The position numbers and the translations under genes are program-made. Shown here piece by piece: positions 46,643 through 56,572 of a stretch of 62,386 bases of DNA (position 1 is the first letter of the stretch; every line of letters begins with the position of its first letter). Under the pieces are notes generated by a model. That model worked only from the letters and a program-made list of their open reading frames with translations. It was not told the DNA's origin and searched no databases. This DNA comes from Eubacteriales bacterium (GTDB taxonomy: Bacteria > Bacillota > Clostridia > Oscillospirales > UMGS1783): the NCBI GenBank assembly GCA_045594545.1, contig JAZNYQ010000093.1, positions 1 to 62,386 of the forward strand. Reading direction: 5' to 3'.

Positions 46643-46699
46643 ATTTTCCCCTTCTTTTAGGAATAATAGGCAGCCAAATGGCTGCCTATTATTTAATTC

Positions 46700-47380
46700 T
46701 TAAGCATCAAAATTTACGGTGTCATAATCCGTATCCGTGTCTACGGTTAAGGTATCCATATCACCAATAGCGGCAGCTATTTCAGACATGTCTTCTGCCG
46801 GTTCTTCAACATCGGCTACGGCATCGGGAACATCTAATTCCTCAGCCGTTTCTTCAGCGGCAGGAACTTCCTCGGCAATCTCTTCCGTAATTTCCTCTGT
46901 TACTTCCGGTTCTTCTGCTTCCTGTTCTTCTTTTTCATAAACAGGAAGAGCCGAAATAATCTCGATATGGGACTTGTATGTAGTCAACAACTGATTGCGG
47001 AAGTTATTGACTTCAACACGCATGCTGTTGTAGTGTTCATCAGCAGCCTGAGAAGCATGTACGGCATTTTGAATGATTTCTTCAGCCTTAGTATTGGCTT
47101 CGTTCAAAATTTCTTCTGCCTTAGCCTTAGCTTCCTTTGTAGAAATTTCGACTAAACGCTGAGCCTCCAGCATGGCGCTCTTAAGGTACTCTTCATCTTT
47201 ACGATACTCTGTGATCTTCTCAACAAGAAGATTCAACTTCTTCGTTAAAGCAAGATTTTCATCGTACAATTTCTGATAGTCGGCAGCAACCGTATCCAGA
47301 AATGCATCAACAGCTTCGCACTTATATCCTCCCAGTGTTTTAGGCAACGGATATTCTTCAATATCGTGAGGTGTAAGCAT
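46700..47380 (-). CDS. divIVA: Cell-division/septum-site protein DivIVA
   Basis: 226-aa ORF. The N-terminus MLTPHDIEEYPLPKTLGGYKCEAVDAFLD is the DivIVA lipid-binding domain signature. A coiled coil and an acidic tail follow. Confidence 0.88.
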   Translation of the reverse strand: MLTPHDIEEYPLPKTLGGYKCEAVDAFLDTVAADYQKLYDENLALTKKLNLLVEKITEYRKDEEYLKSAMLEAQRLVEISTKEAKAKAEEILNEANTKAEEIIQNAVHASQAADEHYNSMRVEVNNFRNQLLTTYKSHIEIISALPVYEKEEQEAEEPEVTEEITEEIAEEVPAAEETAEELDVPDAVADVEEPAEDMSEIAAAIGDMDTLTVDTDTDYDTVNFDA

Positions 47381-47395
47381 TTTTCTTTCTCCTAA

Positions 47396-48160
47396 CTATA
47401 AATATTTATTTGCAGTGATAAAATATCTGCCTTTCGCGCTTACGGTTCCGTTAAAATCAACAAGAAATTTACCGTATCCCCGAATGGAAATCGTACACGG
47501 ATCAGCAATAGAATAAGCCGGTGAATTTTTTAAAGCCGCATTTACGGCAACTCGTTCTTTTTCAATCAGCTGTTTCGCTTTTTCTCTGGAACATCCGGCA
47601 CAGAGCGAAACAATACTGTCCAAGCGAAGGGATTTTACCGTACCGGTGATTGTTTTAAAATTACGGATCGGTTCCCCAACCTCGGATAATTCAATTTCAC
47701 ACACGGTAACGGATTCTCGGCCTATCCTTTTCAATTCATCTGAAATGACTTGATTTGCCGGCTGCTTAACAAAAGCAACGAATCCATCTTGGGTCTGAAT
47801 GATGTCCCCTACCTGATCCCGTTTTATACCAAGCCCTAAAAGAGAGCCCAAAATATCGCGATGCGACAAGGTATTATAGGAACGTAAAAGAATGGATGAA
47901 ATGGGAATTTCATAGGAGTAATTCTCGTGAGGGGCAATCAAAAACAGTATTCTCTCCGCTTCCGACCATCCACCAAAACTTTGCACATATACAGAATATG
48001 CCGAACTGATCTTTATCACGATTTCCTTTTGATGAAGATCGCAAAAGGATGTCCAGCGTATCCCGTGACCATCATTGACTTGATCAAACAGATCCATGAT
48101 ATGGGAGGCAAAATATTGATCGGACGGATCAAAATGACGCAACATCTCTCTTACAGCCAT
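47396..48160 (-). CDS. ylmH: S4-domain RNA-binding protein YlmH
   Basis: 254-aa ORF with a C-terminal S4 domain. Synteny ylmE-sepF-ylmG-ylmH-divIVA is identical to B. subtilis. Confidence 0.8.
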   Translation of the reverse strand: MAVREMLRHFDPSDQYFASHIMDLFDQVNDGHGIRWTSFCDLHQKEIVIKISSAYSVYVQSFGGWSEAERILFLIAPHENYSYEIPISSILLRSYNTLSHRDILGSLLGLGIKRDQVGDIIQTQDGFVAFVKQPANQVISDELKRIGRESVTVCEIELSEVGEPIRNFKTITGTVKSLRLDSIVSLCAGCSREKAKQLIEKERVAVNAALKNSPAYSIADPCTISIRGYGKFLVDFNGTVSAKGRYFITANKYL

Positions 48161-48432
48161 AAGATTACCCTACTTAAAAAGGATAAAATCAGCAAAACCA
48201 CAACAGGAGAAAAATCAATCGGCAAAGACATTAAAAACGGAACTTTAGCCAATAATTTCCGTATTGGTTTTAAAAATGGTTCTGTAAGCCATTGGACGGC
48301 ATCAAAAATGCGGTGAAAAGTCGAATTGCTCACTGCCATAGCCACAAACGACAGAACCGCACGGGCAACAATGAGAAATTCCAATATGCCAAAGCAAGAG
48401 AATAAGATACGTTTAATGATTATCCAGGTCAT
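48151..48432 (-). CDS. yggT: YggT/YlmG-family membrane protein
   Basis: 93-aa ORF with two TM segments, positioned between sepF and ylmH. Confidence 0.8.
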   Translation of the reverse strand: MTWIIIKRILFSCFGILEFLIVARAVLSFVAMAVSNSTFHRIFDAVQWLTEPFLKPIRKLLAKVPFLMSLPIDFSPVVVLLILSFLSRVILWL

Positions 48433-48836
48433 TCAAGTTTAAAGGAATCCGTTTCGATGGTGTCCATTCCCTCACCCGAAAATTCCGAGCCATAAGGAAT
48501 AATTAAATAAGTACCAACCGATACATTCTTGATCTTGGCACGAACGGCATAAGCGGCGCCGCTGAGTACATCCAGAATACGGCGAGCAATTTCCTTGCCG
48601 GTATTGTCCAGATTTAAAACCACCGTTTTGTGAGCAATGACATGGTCGGCAACCGAAATGGCGTCGTTGAACTCACTGGGACGCACCAACACGTACTGAG
48701 GCGCATTCGGATTGTTGACAGCGGGAGCTACACGAGCCGAATCGGCGGCATTGATAGCCTCGCTCAAATCATCTGCTTGATCATTGGTTACTACATCTTC
48801 GGGATCGGGGGGGAATAACTTATCCATTAAACCCAT
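48429..48836 (-). CDS. sepF: Cell division protein SepF
   Basis: 135-aa ORF with an N-terminal amphipathic MGLMDKLF and a conserved core PSEFNDAISVADHVIAHKTVVLNL...ARRILDVLSGAAYA. Confidence 0.9.
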   Translation of the reverse strand: MGLMDKLFPPDPEDVVTNDQADDLSEAINAADSARVAPAVNNPNAPQYVLVRPSEFNDAISVADHVIAHKTVVLNLDNTGKEIARRILDVLSGAAYAVRAKIKNVSVGTYLIIPYGSEFSGEGMDTIETDSFKLE

Positions 48837-48848
48837 TTTTCTTTCCTC

Positions 48849-49544
48849 CTAAATATAATTTCTTGGGCCAAAAATTTCAGAACCGACACGCACAAGATTC
48901 GCCCCGTGCGCAACGGCCAATTCATAATCGTTGGACATACCCATCGACAATATACCCATATTGATATTATCCGCTTTTTTTGTCTTCATGTCAACAAATA
49001 ACTGAAACATTTTATCAAAAAATGCTTCACTTTCCTTTTTTTTGCCATGATCGACGGGTAAAACTGCCATTAATCCACGAATTTTTAAATGTGGAAATGA
49101 GGATGCCTCATCCAAAAAGCCGGAAACCTCATCAAAAAGAAAACCGGTCTTGCTTTCTTCAGCTCCCGTATTGACCTGAACAAGCACATTCAATTCTTGG
49201 TTCAGTTGCGCCGCCTTATTCTCCAAAGCAAAAGCCAATCGACGGGAGTCCAGCGACTGAACCATGCTGACTTTATCTATAATGGCATTGATTTTGTTGG
49301 ATTGTAAATGCCCAATAAACTGCATATCGCACAATCCATGGAGTGTATCATACTTGCTGACAAGTTCCTGTGCACGATTTTCGCCGATCACGGTAATTCC
49401 GCAATCAATCGCTTGCAATATCTCATCAATCGTTCTGTTTTTTGTTACCGCCATAAGTGTTATATCATCGGGATTACGATGAGCACTTTGTGCGGCTCGA
49501 CATATATTTTCTCGGATACGGGCGATATTATCTTCTATACTCAT
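48849..49544 (-). CDS. yggS: PLP-homeostasis protein YggS/YlmE
   Basis: ORF 48849..49550. The ATG at 49544 has the best SD spacing (AAAGGGGA). PLP-lysine context LMAVTKNRT and the HFIGHLQSNK motif. Confidence 0.88.
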   Translation of the reverse strand: MSIEDNIARIRENICRAAQSAHRNPDDITLMAVTKNRTIDEILQAIDCGITVIGENRAQELVSKYDTLHGLCDMQFIGHLQSNKINAIIDKVSMVQSLDSRRLAFALENKAAQLNQELNVLVQVNTGAEESKTGFLFDEVSGFLDEASSFPHLKIRGLMAVLPVDHGKKKESEAFFDKMFQLFVDMKTKKADNINMGILSMGMSNDYELAVAHGANLVRVGSEIFGPRNYI

Positions 49545-49546
49545 GA

Positions 49547-50761
49547 TCATATCCCCTTTATAACTCGACCTTCATACAAATCTCGACCGGCAATCACAAT
49601 ATCATCGCTTTCACTGATATCATCACCCAAAATAAGCGCATAATCCGTGGCTGAATAAACAATAGTAATGGGCTGGAATGACAAAACTTTTCCCTTAACG
49701 ACATATACGCCGGTTACACCGTTTTCGAATTTAATTGCATTTTTATCAATATAATATCCACTGTAACGGGATGAAATAATTTCAACGGCCTGACGATGGT
49801 TTCCGATATGCAGCCCGATTTCGTCGGTTGACGATACCACAACAGCAACTTGTCCATCCTGCGCATCTGAAACCCGAGAAACCATGACTCTCATACTGTC
49901 ATCGGAATATTCCGGAAAACGCAAGCGAAGATAATTCCCTGCTTTTACCCCGCTATCTTCCGACATAAGAAAGGCACATTTCCATTCAAATCCATTAATA
50001 ACCGATCCAACATAATTGGAAGGAATAGCATTTGTCTGCGGCGTATTTACATATTGAGTCAAGGTACTCACTGTAATATCGGCTGCAGCGCTCATGGGAA
50101 GTTTCCCCTCAAAAGCATCGTATTGTGAGATAAAAAAACCGGATTCAGGTGAATAGATGGTAGATCGGATATTGGATCCGTTTTGCAACTGCGCAATATG
50201 CTGACGCAAAGAAGATATCTGATCGATGGTAACCTGTGCATTCCCGTCCAAAATCGAACGTTTATTCATAAGTTTGGCCAGTTCATGAACAAACGGTTGC
50301 GCCTCACGCACCGAGCCAAGATCGGCCCGTGCAAGAATATCATATATCGTTTTGTTGATCTGCTCATCCAGACGGGATACGTCATAATCAAAAAGGTTTC
50401 CGGACTCATAAATTTCCGTCAAACTGTCAAGTTGCGCTTCCAATTTGGCTAATTGGTCAGAAAAACCATTATCCCTCCCGGATGAGTATACGGTTGCGAT
50501 CTTATCTCCGATTGCTACACGAGTACCGTCATCCAAGGCATAATCATAACTGCCGCCATCCGCCGTGATTATCGTTTCATCACGGAAGAATATGGCTGTA
50601 CTTTCTGTTTTTTCTTCGGCAGTATGCCAATACAGGCGTGCCACCTCAACCTCACGGGAGAACAGGCTGACCAATTGCACTACGCCATAGATCACGGCAA
50701 TTAGCACTAACAACACAGCGCCGATACGTATCCACATTTTCTTCTTGTCTTTAACCATCAT
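49547..50761 (-). CDS. Membrane-anchored HlyD/membrane-fusion-like protein of the division-gene neighbourhood
   Basis: 404-aa ORF with an N-terminal TM helix, a central coiled-coil-like stretch (LAKLEAQLDSL...) and beta-rich flanks. The family call comes from overall layout only. Confidence 0.45.
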   Translation of the reverse strand: MMVKDKKKMWIRIGAVLLVLIAVIYGVVQLVSLFSREVEVARLYWHTAEEKTESTAIFFRDETIITADGGSYDYALDDGTRVAIGDKIATVYSSGRDNGFSDQLAKLEAQLDSLTEIYESGNLFDYDVSRLDEQINKTIYDILARADLGSVREAQPFVHELAKLMNKRSILDGNAQVTIDQISSLRQHIAQLQNGSNIRSTIYSPESGFFISQYDAFEGKLPMSAAADITVSTLTQYVNTPQTNAIPSNYVGSVINGFEWKCAFLMSEDSGVKAGNYLRLRFPEYSDDSMRVMVSRVSDAQDGQVAVVVSSTDEIGLHIGNHRQAVEIISSRYSGYYIDKNAIKFENGVTGVYVVKGKVLSFQPITIVYSATDYALILGDDISESDDIVIAGRDLYEGRVIKGI

Positions 50762-50765
50762 ATAC

Positions 50766-51692
50766 CTAACACAAATTTAAAATTTTTTTGGCTTGCTCAA
50801 CAGGATCTTGTTGATCAACGCAGATCCATTGTATTTTCTCGTTGCGTTTGAACCATGTTAACTGGCGTTTAGCATAACGACGAGAATTTCTCTTCAATAT
50901 CTCAACCGCTTCATCCAGATTCATTTGCCCATCAATCACAGGGAGCAATTCCTTATAGCCAATCGCCTGCATGGCCTGACAATCCCTAGGAACTCCATCC
51001 CGTAAGAGATTTTCTATTTCTTCAAGAAGACCATCAGTTATCATTTTATCAACACGGTTATTTATTTTTTTATAAAGCTTTTCACGGTCGGCATATGTCA
51101 ATCCGATACAGACACTTTGAATTGGTTGATTATCCTTTGATTCACAGGCTAACTGTGACATGGTTTTGCCGGAAACACGATAAATTTCCAATGCGCGAAT
51201 AATGCGCCGAATATTATTCGGATGCAAAGTATATGCCCATTGGGGATCAACATGATGCAACTGCTCCCAAACATATGTATTTCCCATTTTATTTGCTTGA
51301 TTTTGTAGAGATGTTCGATATTCCGGATCATTCGGCATCTCTTCAAAGGTTTGCCCCATCAGAAGTGCATCTACATACAGTCCCGTTCCGCCGACAAGCA
51401 TAGGAACTTTACATCTTTTTATGATGTCTTCCATGATCGGATATGCGGTTGCGCAATATTGTGCCACCGAGAACGAGGCATGTGGCGGAACAATATCGAT
51501 CATATAATGGGGAATATTGCCCATTTCAAGTGGCTGAATTTTAGCGGTACCGATATCAAATCCTCGGTAGATTTGCATGGAATCTGCTGAAATTACTTCG
51601 CCATGTATTTGTTTTGCCAGCGCAATAGCCAAACCGGACTTCCCTGTCGCCGTTGGCCCCACGATACAAACAACGGTTTGATTCTCAAACAT
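50766..51692 (-). CDS. miaA: tRNA dimethylallyltransferase
   Basis: 308-aa ORF with the P-loop GPTATGKS and DSMQIYRGFDIGTAK. Confidence 0.93.
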   Translation of the reverse strand: MFENQTVVCIVGPTATGKSGLAIALAKQIHGEVISADSMQIYRGFDIGTAKIQPLEMGNIPHYMIDIVPPHASFSVAQYCATAYPIMEDIIKRCKVPMLVGGTGLYVDALLMGQTFEEMPNDPEYRTSLQNQANKMGNTYVWEQLHHVDPQWAYTLHPNNIRRIIRALEIYRVSGKTMSQLACESKDNQPIQSVCIGLTYADREKLYKKINNRVDKMITDGLLEEIENLLRDGVPRDCQAMQAIGYKELLPVIDGQMNLDEAVEILKRNSRRYAKRQLTWFKRNEKIQWICVDQQDPVEQAKKILNLC

Positions 51693-53554
51693 TAAACGAT
51701 CCTCTTGAATAATTTTTCAAAGTCTTTCTTCTGCATCGTATAAATAATGGGGCGACCGTGAGGGCAGTATTTAATATCAGGAATAGCAAAAAGACGGTCA
51801 ATTAAGGCTTGCTGCTCCGCTTTATGACTATACTGACCACCCTTGACTGCCGATTTGCATGCCATGGATTCCAGTATTTTTGTGCGTTTATCCTTAGAAA
51901 TTTGCTTATCGGACAAGTTAGCGGCGGCATGCTCTAAAATGTTTACAACATCCTCTTTTGCGATCTCCGAAGGAATGGCTCGCACCATAATCGCGTTACC
52001 GCCATAATCCTCCAATTCAAATCCACATTCGGCAAACGACTCCATTTCATCAAGTATGTATGTTTTATCCTGCCGATCAAGTGTAACGATACATTCAACC
52101 AAAAGCGGTTGAGATGCACTTTTTGATTTATTACTGAGCGTTTCAAAGATCAGGCGTTCGTGCGCCGCATGCTTATCGATAAAATACACTTCATCTGCAC
52201 ATTGAGCAATAATATAGGTATTAAAGATTTCACCAATACACACAATCTGAGCCGGAATTTCTGTTTGAATCGGTTCCGGTTTTACAACGGTAAACTTTGG
52301 TGTATTTTCCTGTTGTTTTGGAGCAATAAACGGCATTTGCGGGGTTGTGCGGTCGGTAAACGTGACAACCGTAGACGGACGTGGTTTCGACACAGGGTTA
52401 TCCGATTTAAGAGCCACATCCGATTCTTGCGGTTTCATCGGCGGAATTGACCGGATTGGTGTTGAAACATTTAATGTCGGTTGTTGGGTGGGAATTTCAT
52501 AAAAGCCGGCAACGATTTTTCTCTGCACCTGCGGTTCCAGTTCCTTTTTTGCAGCAACATAGCGTTGATCCATAGCGTTTAACGCTTGAGAAACCGCATG
52601 AAAAACAGCACTAAAAATCATTTTTTCATCTGAAAATTTAACAATATTTTTTGAGGGATGCACATTAACATCTACGCTGGTTGCATCCAAATCAAGAGAG
52701 AGTACACATACCGGGTATTTGCCGCTCATGATGCTTCCGGCATACGCCGATTCTACCGCTTTTGCCAATAATCCGGAGGTAATACATCTTCCGTTTATAA
52801 AGAAAAACTGCTGATTACGATTTCCGCGTGCCGCCAATGGCTTACACACCAATCCGGAAATGCGGATGGTTCCGTTATCCTCAACCGACACCATAGCCCG
52901 CGCTTGCTGAGCCCCCAAAACAACGGATGCGGCACTCATCAACTTACCGTCACCCGGCGTGAACAATTCTTCCTTATTATTGACATAGTATTGGAAAGAA
53001 ATTTCGGGATGAGACAGCGCCAAACGATCTAAAAGTGAACTGATGGCGCCGGTTTCGGACCGTTCGGATTTTAGGAATTTTTTTCTGGCCGGTGTATTAT
53101 AAAATAGATTTTCTACAGTAATAGATGTACCGACAGGGGCGCCTATTGGTTCTTTTTTAACCACTACTCCCCCATCCAGACAGATCCGCGTACCCTCTAT
53201 ATCCTCTTTTGTTCGCGTAGTCATCTCAATCTGTGACACCGCTGCAATGGAGGCCAAGGCTTCACCGCGGAAACCCAAGGTCAACACTCCGCTTATATCC
53301 TGCGCATTTTGGATCTTACTGGTTGCATGGCGCAAAAAACAAGTCTGTGCATCGGATTCATTCATACCACAGCCATTATCGGTAATGCGGATGAGGCGAA
53401 CTCCACCACATTCGATATCAATGCGTATTGTTGTTGAGCCGGCATCGATTGCGTTTTCAACTAATTCCTTGATAACGCTGGCCGGTCGTTCTACGACCTC
53501 ACCTGCAGCAATCAGTTGCGCTACCTCTGTCGGTAATACACGAACTTGTTTCAT
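51692..53554 (-). CDS. mutL: DNA mismatch repair protein MutL
   Basis: 620-aa ORF with GHKL ATPase motifs (ELVENAIDAG, DNGCGM, GFRGEAL) and a C-terminal dimerisation/endonuclease domain. Confidence 0.95.
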   Translation of the reverse strand: MKQVRVLPTEVAQLIAAGEVVERPASVIKELVENAIDAGSTTIRIDIECGGVRLIRITDNGCGMNESDAQTCFLRHATSKIQNAQDISGVLTLGFRGEALASIAAVSQIEMTTRTKEDIEGTRICLDGGVVVKKEPIGAPVGTSITVENLFYNTPARKKFLKSERSETGAISSLLDRLALSHPEISFQYYVNNKEELFTPGDGKLMSAASVVLGAQQARAMVSVEDNGTIRISGLVCKPLAARGNRNQQFFFINGRCITSGLLAKAVESAYAGSIMSGKYPVCVLSLDLDATSVDVNVHPSKNIVKFSDEKMIFSAVFHAVSQALNAMDQRYVAAKKELEPQVQRKIVAGFYEIPTQQPTLNVSTPIRSIPPMKPQESDVALKSDNPVSKPRPSTVVTFTDRTTPQMPFIAPKQQENTPKFTVVKPEPIQTEIPAQIVCIGEIFNTYIIAQCADEVYFIDKHAAHERLIFETLSNKSKSASQPLLVECIVTLDRQDKTYILDEMESFAECGFELEDYGGNAIMVRAIPSEIAKEDVVNILEHAAANLSDKQISKDKRTKILESMACKSAVKGGQYSHKAEQQALIDRLFAIPDIKYCPHGRPIIYTMQKKDFEKLFKRIV

Positions 53555-53566
53555 ACATAACTCCTA

Positions 53567-56164
53567 TTAATAATCCTCTCCGCGTGAGAGTCGAGTAAGC
53601 TTATACAGCACATTCAAGGCTTCCAACGGAGAAAGGGTTTCTACATTAGTGTTTTTCAATTGATTGATAATAGCTGCCGAATTGTCATCCAACAAGGACA
53701 ATTGCCGAACTGCATCTTCGCGTTCTGAAGATGTAACTTTTGTCGCGGATTTTATGGTTTCCTTCAATACACGCTTTGCGCAATCAATAACCTCTTGTTC
53801 CACACCTGCCAACTTAGCAACTTCAATACCGTAACTTTCATCCGCAGCACCGGCAACAATTTTTCGCAAAAAGATAATTTCGTCACCCTTTTTCTTGACG
53901 GCAATACGGCAATTTTTAACACCGTCAATTTTCCCTTCCAGCTCCGTTAATTCGTGGTAATGGGTGGCAAAGATGCATTTTGCGCCTAATTTTTCCGTAT
54001 TTGCCGTATATTCCAGCACTGCACGAGCAATAGCCATGCCGTCATACGTGCTGGTGCCTCGTCCAATCTCATCATAAATTACCAATGAACGAGAAGTAGC
54101 ATTCTTCAATATACCGGCAACCTCGGACATTTCCAGCATAAATGTGGATTGACCGGATGCCAGATCATCCGAAGCCCCGACACGGGTGAAGATTTTATCT
54201 AAAATACCGATATGGGCGTGTTGCGCAGGAACAAAGGATCCCATTTGCGCCATAAGCGCAATCAATGCCGTTTGCCGCATATAAGTGGATTTACCGGCCA
54301 TGTTCGGACCGGTGACAATCATCAAGCGCGTGGATGCGGTGTCCAGATATGTATCATTAGGAACAAACATATTGCCACGTAGCATTTTTTCCACAACCGG
54401 ATGGCGACCGCCTTGAATATCAATGACATTACCCTCATCAACAATAGGGCGCACATAACTGTTTTTCTGGGCCACGTGAGCTAATGCCGTTAACACATCG
54501 ATCTGCGCTAATGCCGCGGCATCTTTTTGAATGATCTTCAGCGCGTCTGCAGCCATGGAACGGATATTGCAAAACAGTGTATATTCCAAATGGGATACCT
54601 TTTCGCTGGCGCCAAGGATCTGATTTTCAAGTTCCTTTAATTCTCCCGTAATATAGCGCTCACCATTAGTAAGGGTTTGTCGGCGAATATACGATTCCGG
54701 CACCTGATCGATAAAGGATTTCGATACCTCAATATAATATCCGAACACTTTATTATAGCGTATTTTTAAGGTACGAATGCCTGTGCGTTCCCTCTCTTGT
54801 TGTTCCATCGATTGAATATACGCTTGCGCATCGTCAACCATGGCACGCAATTCATCGACCGTGGCGTCATAGCCGGTTTTAATGATCTTACCTTCTCGGA
54901 TCGTCAAGGGACAATCCGGATTGATAGCCGCTAAAATCAAAGAACAAAGGTCTGTCAAAGGATCGAGACTGTTATACAATTCTTGTAAATATTCACAAGA
55001 AAGGGATGATATCTGTTCTTTAATTGTGGGAATAACCGATAACGTATGCGCCAGGGACAGAAGTTCTTTGCCGCCTGCGGTATTATAGACCACCTTGGTC
55101 ATAACCCGTTCCACATCAGTGATTTCCGCAAGCAATTCCATAAGCTGTGTGCGTATACTATACTCATCTTTCAACAGCTCAATAGCATCCAGACGATGAT
55201 GGATGTGACGGGTATCCGCTAACGGCTGTTCGATCCAAGAGCGCAACAATCGACCGCCGGCTGCCGTTTTGGTTTTGTCCAATACGCCAAGTAAGGAGCC
55301 ATGCTTTTTCTTATCCCGCATCGTTTCACACAATTCCAGATTGCGGCGTGTGGATACATCAAGTTCGAGATATTTGACATCAGAATAAACATCTAATCTC
55401 GTTAAATGCTCCAGCCCTGAAAACTGAGTAGAATACAGATATTTCAGTAATCCGCCTAACGCGCAAACGCCGGCATTTCGATCACCAATACCAATATCTG
55501 ACAAAGCTTTTTTATTAAAATGTTTCAGCACCGTTTCACTGGCCTGAGTAAATGCAAAAGCATCACTCACAAACGGAGAGACCATGCACTGTAGTTTATC
55601 CTGAATAAAGTGCTCCAATTCCAGATCCAGTTGCGTATTACATATAATTTCCGAGGGCATGTACTTATACAGCTCATTCATGAGCGGATAGGCCCCATTT
55701 CCATCCGCCTCGAATAAGAAGATCTGCCCTGTCGAAATATCCGCAAAACAAATTGCGGTTCCTTGTTCTCCTTGATAAATACCTGCAATATAATTGTTTT
55801 TGGTTTCGTCGAGATATTGACCGTCGATCACCGTACCCGGGGTAATAACACGCACAATATCGCGCGTAACCAATCCTTTTGATGTAGCCGGATCACTTGT
55901 TTGCTCGCAAATGGCAACCTTATAGCCCTTAGCAATCAATCGGTTGATATACTGTTCACTGGCATGATACGGTACGCCGCACATGGGAGCCCGTTCCTCT
56001 AAACCGCAATCGCGGCCGGTTAAGGTTAACTCCAATTCGCGAGATGCCGTTTTGGCATCGTCAAAAAACATCTCATAGAAATCACCAAGACGATAAAAGA
56101 TAATACAGTCCTGATATTTCTCTTTGATTTGCATATATTGTGTCATCATGGGGCTGAGTGACAT
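53567..56164 (-). CDS. mutS: DNA mismatch repair protein MutS
   Basis: 865-aa ORF. N-terminus TPMMTQYMQIKEKY, mismatch-binding GDFYEMF, and Walker A GPNMAGKSTYMRQ. Confidence 0.97.
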   Translation of the reverse strand: MSLSPMMTQYMQIKEKYQDCIIFYRLGDFYEMFFDDAKTASRELELTLTGRDCGLEERAPMCGVPYHASEQYINRLIAKGYKVAICEQTSDPATSKGLVTRDIVRVITPGTVIDGQYLDETKNNYIAGIYQGEQGTAICFADISTGQIFLFEADGNGAYPLMNELYKYMPSEIICNTQLDLELEHFIQDKLQCMVSPFVSDAFAFTQASETVLKHFNKKALSDIGIGDRNAGVCALGGLLKYLYSTQFSGLEHLTRLDVYSDVKYLELDVSTRRNLELCETMRDKKKHGSLLGVLDKTKTAAGGRLLRSWIEQPLADTRHIHHRLDAIELLKDEYSIRTQLMELLAEITDVERVMTKVVYNTAGGKELLSLAHTLSVIPTIKEQISSLSCEYLQELYNSLDPLTDLCSLILAAINPDCPLTIREGKIIKTGYDATVDELRAMVDDAQAYIQSMEQQERERTGIRTLKIRYNKVFGYYIEVSKSFIDQVPESYIRRQTLTNGERYITGELKELENQILGASEKVSHLEYTLFCNIRSMAADALKIIQKDAAALAQIDVLTALAHVAQKNSYVRPIVDEGNVIDIQGGRHPVVEKMLRGNMFVPNDTYLDTASTRLMIVTGPNMAGKSTYMRQTALIALMAQMGSFVPAQHAHIGILDKIFTRVGASDDLASGQSTFMLEMSEVAGILKNATSRSLVIYDEIGRGTSTYDGMAIARAVLEYTANTEKLGAKCIFATHYHELTELEGKIDGVKNCRIAVKKKGDEIIFLRKIVAGAADESYGIEVAKLAGVEQEVIDCAKRVLKETIKSATKVTSSEREDAVRQLSLLDDNSAAIINQLKNTNVETLSPLEALNVLYKLTRLSRGEDY

Positions 56165-56185
56165 CTTAAACTTCCTCCAAATGGT

Positions 56186-56569
56186 TTAGTGGCATCCGGA
56201 GCAGGTGGCGCAATTATGAGTACACTCCTGCGGGCCGAAAACTGCCGTATTAATCGAATCGAAGACCTGCTTCATCAGGGCTTCAAATTTTCCGGCCGCC
56301 TCATTATATTTCTTCATATTATCATTTTCCATGATCTTGTTATACAATTTTTCCATTTGATCCTGAATATCAGTAACCTTTGCCTCATCCGCGCTCTCTT
56401 CACCACGGGCCATGATCAACTGATTGCGACAAACATCAAATTCATTAACAAGTGCCGACAATTGCGCATCTGCCTGATAAGCCGCTTCTGCCTGCTTAAA
56501 GGCGACGTACTCTTCACTGGATAAAATCTGCTGACCGAGCAATTCGATCGTTTCATTCATTGTTTTCAT
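56186..56569 (-). CDS. YlbF/YmcA (RicA-like) family protein with a C-terminal four-cysteine motif
   Basis: 127-aa helical ORF positioned between miaB and mutS, where B. subtilis has ymcA. It ends in CTHNCATCSGCH. Confidence 0.6.
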   Translation of the reverse strand: MKTMNETIELLGQQILSSEEYVAFKQAEAAYQADAQLSALVNEFDVCRNQLIMARGEESADEAKVTDIQDQMEKLYNKIMENDNMKKYNEAAGKFEALMKQVFDSINTAVFGPQECTHNCATCSGCH

Positions 56570-56572
56570 AAT

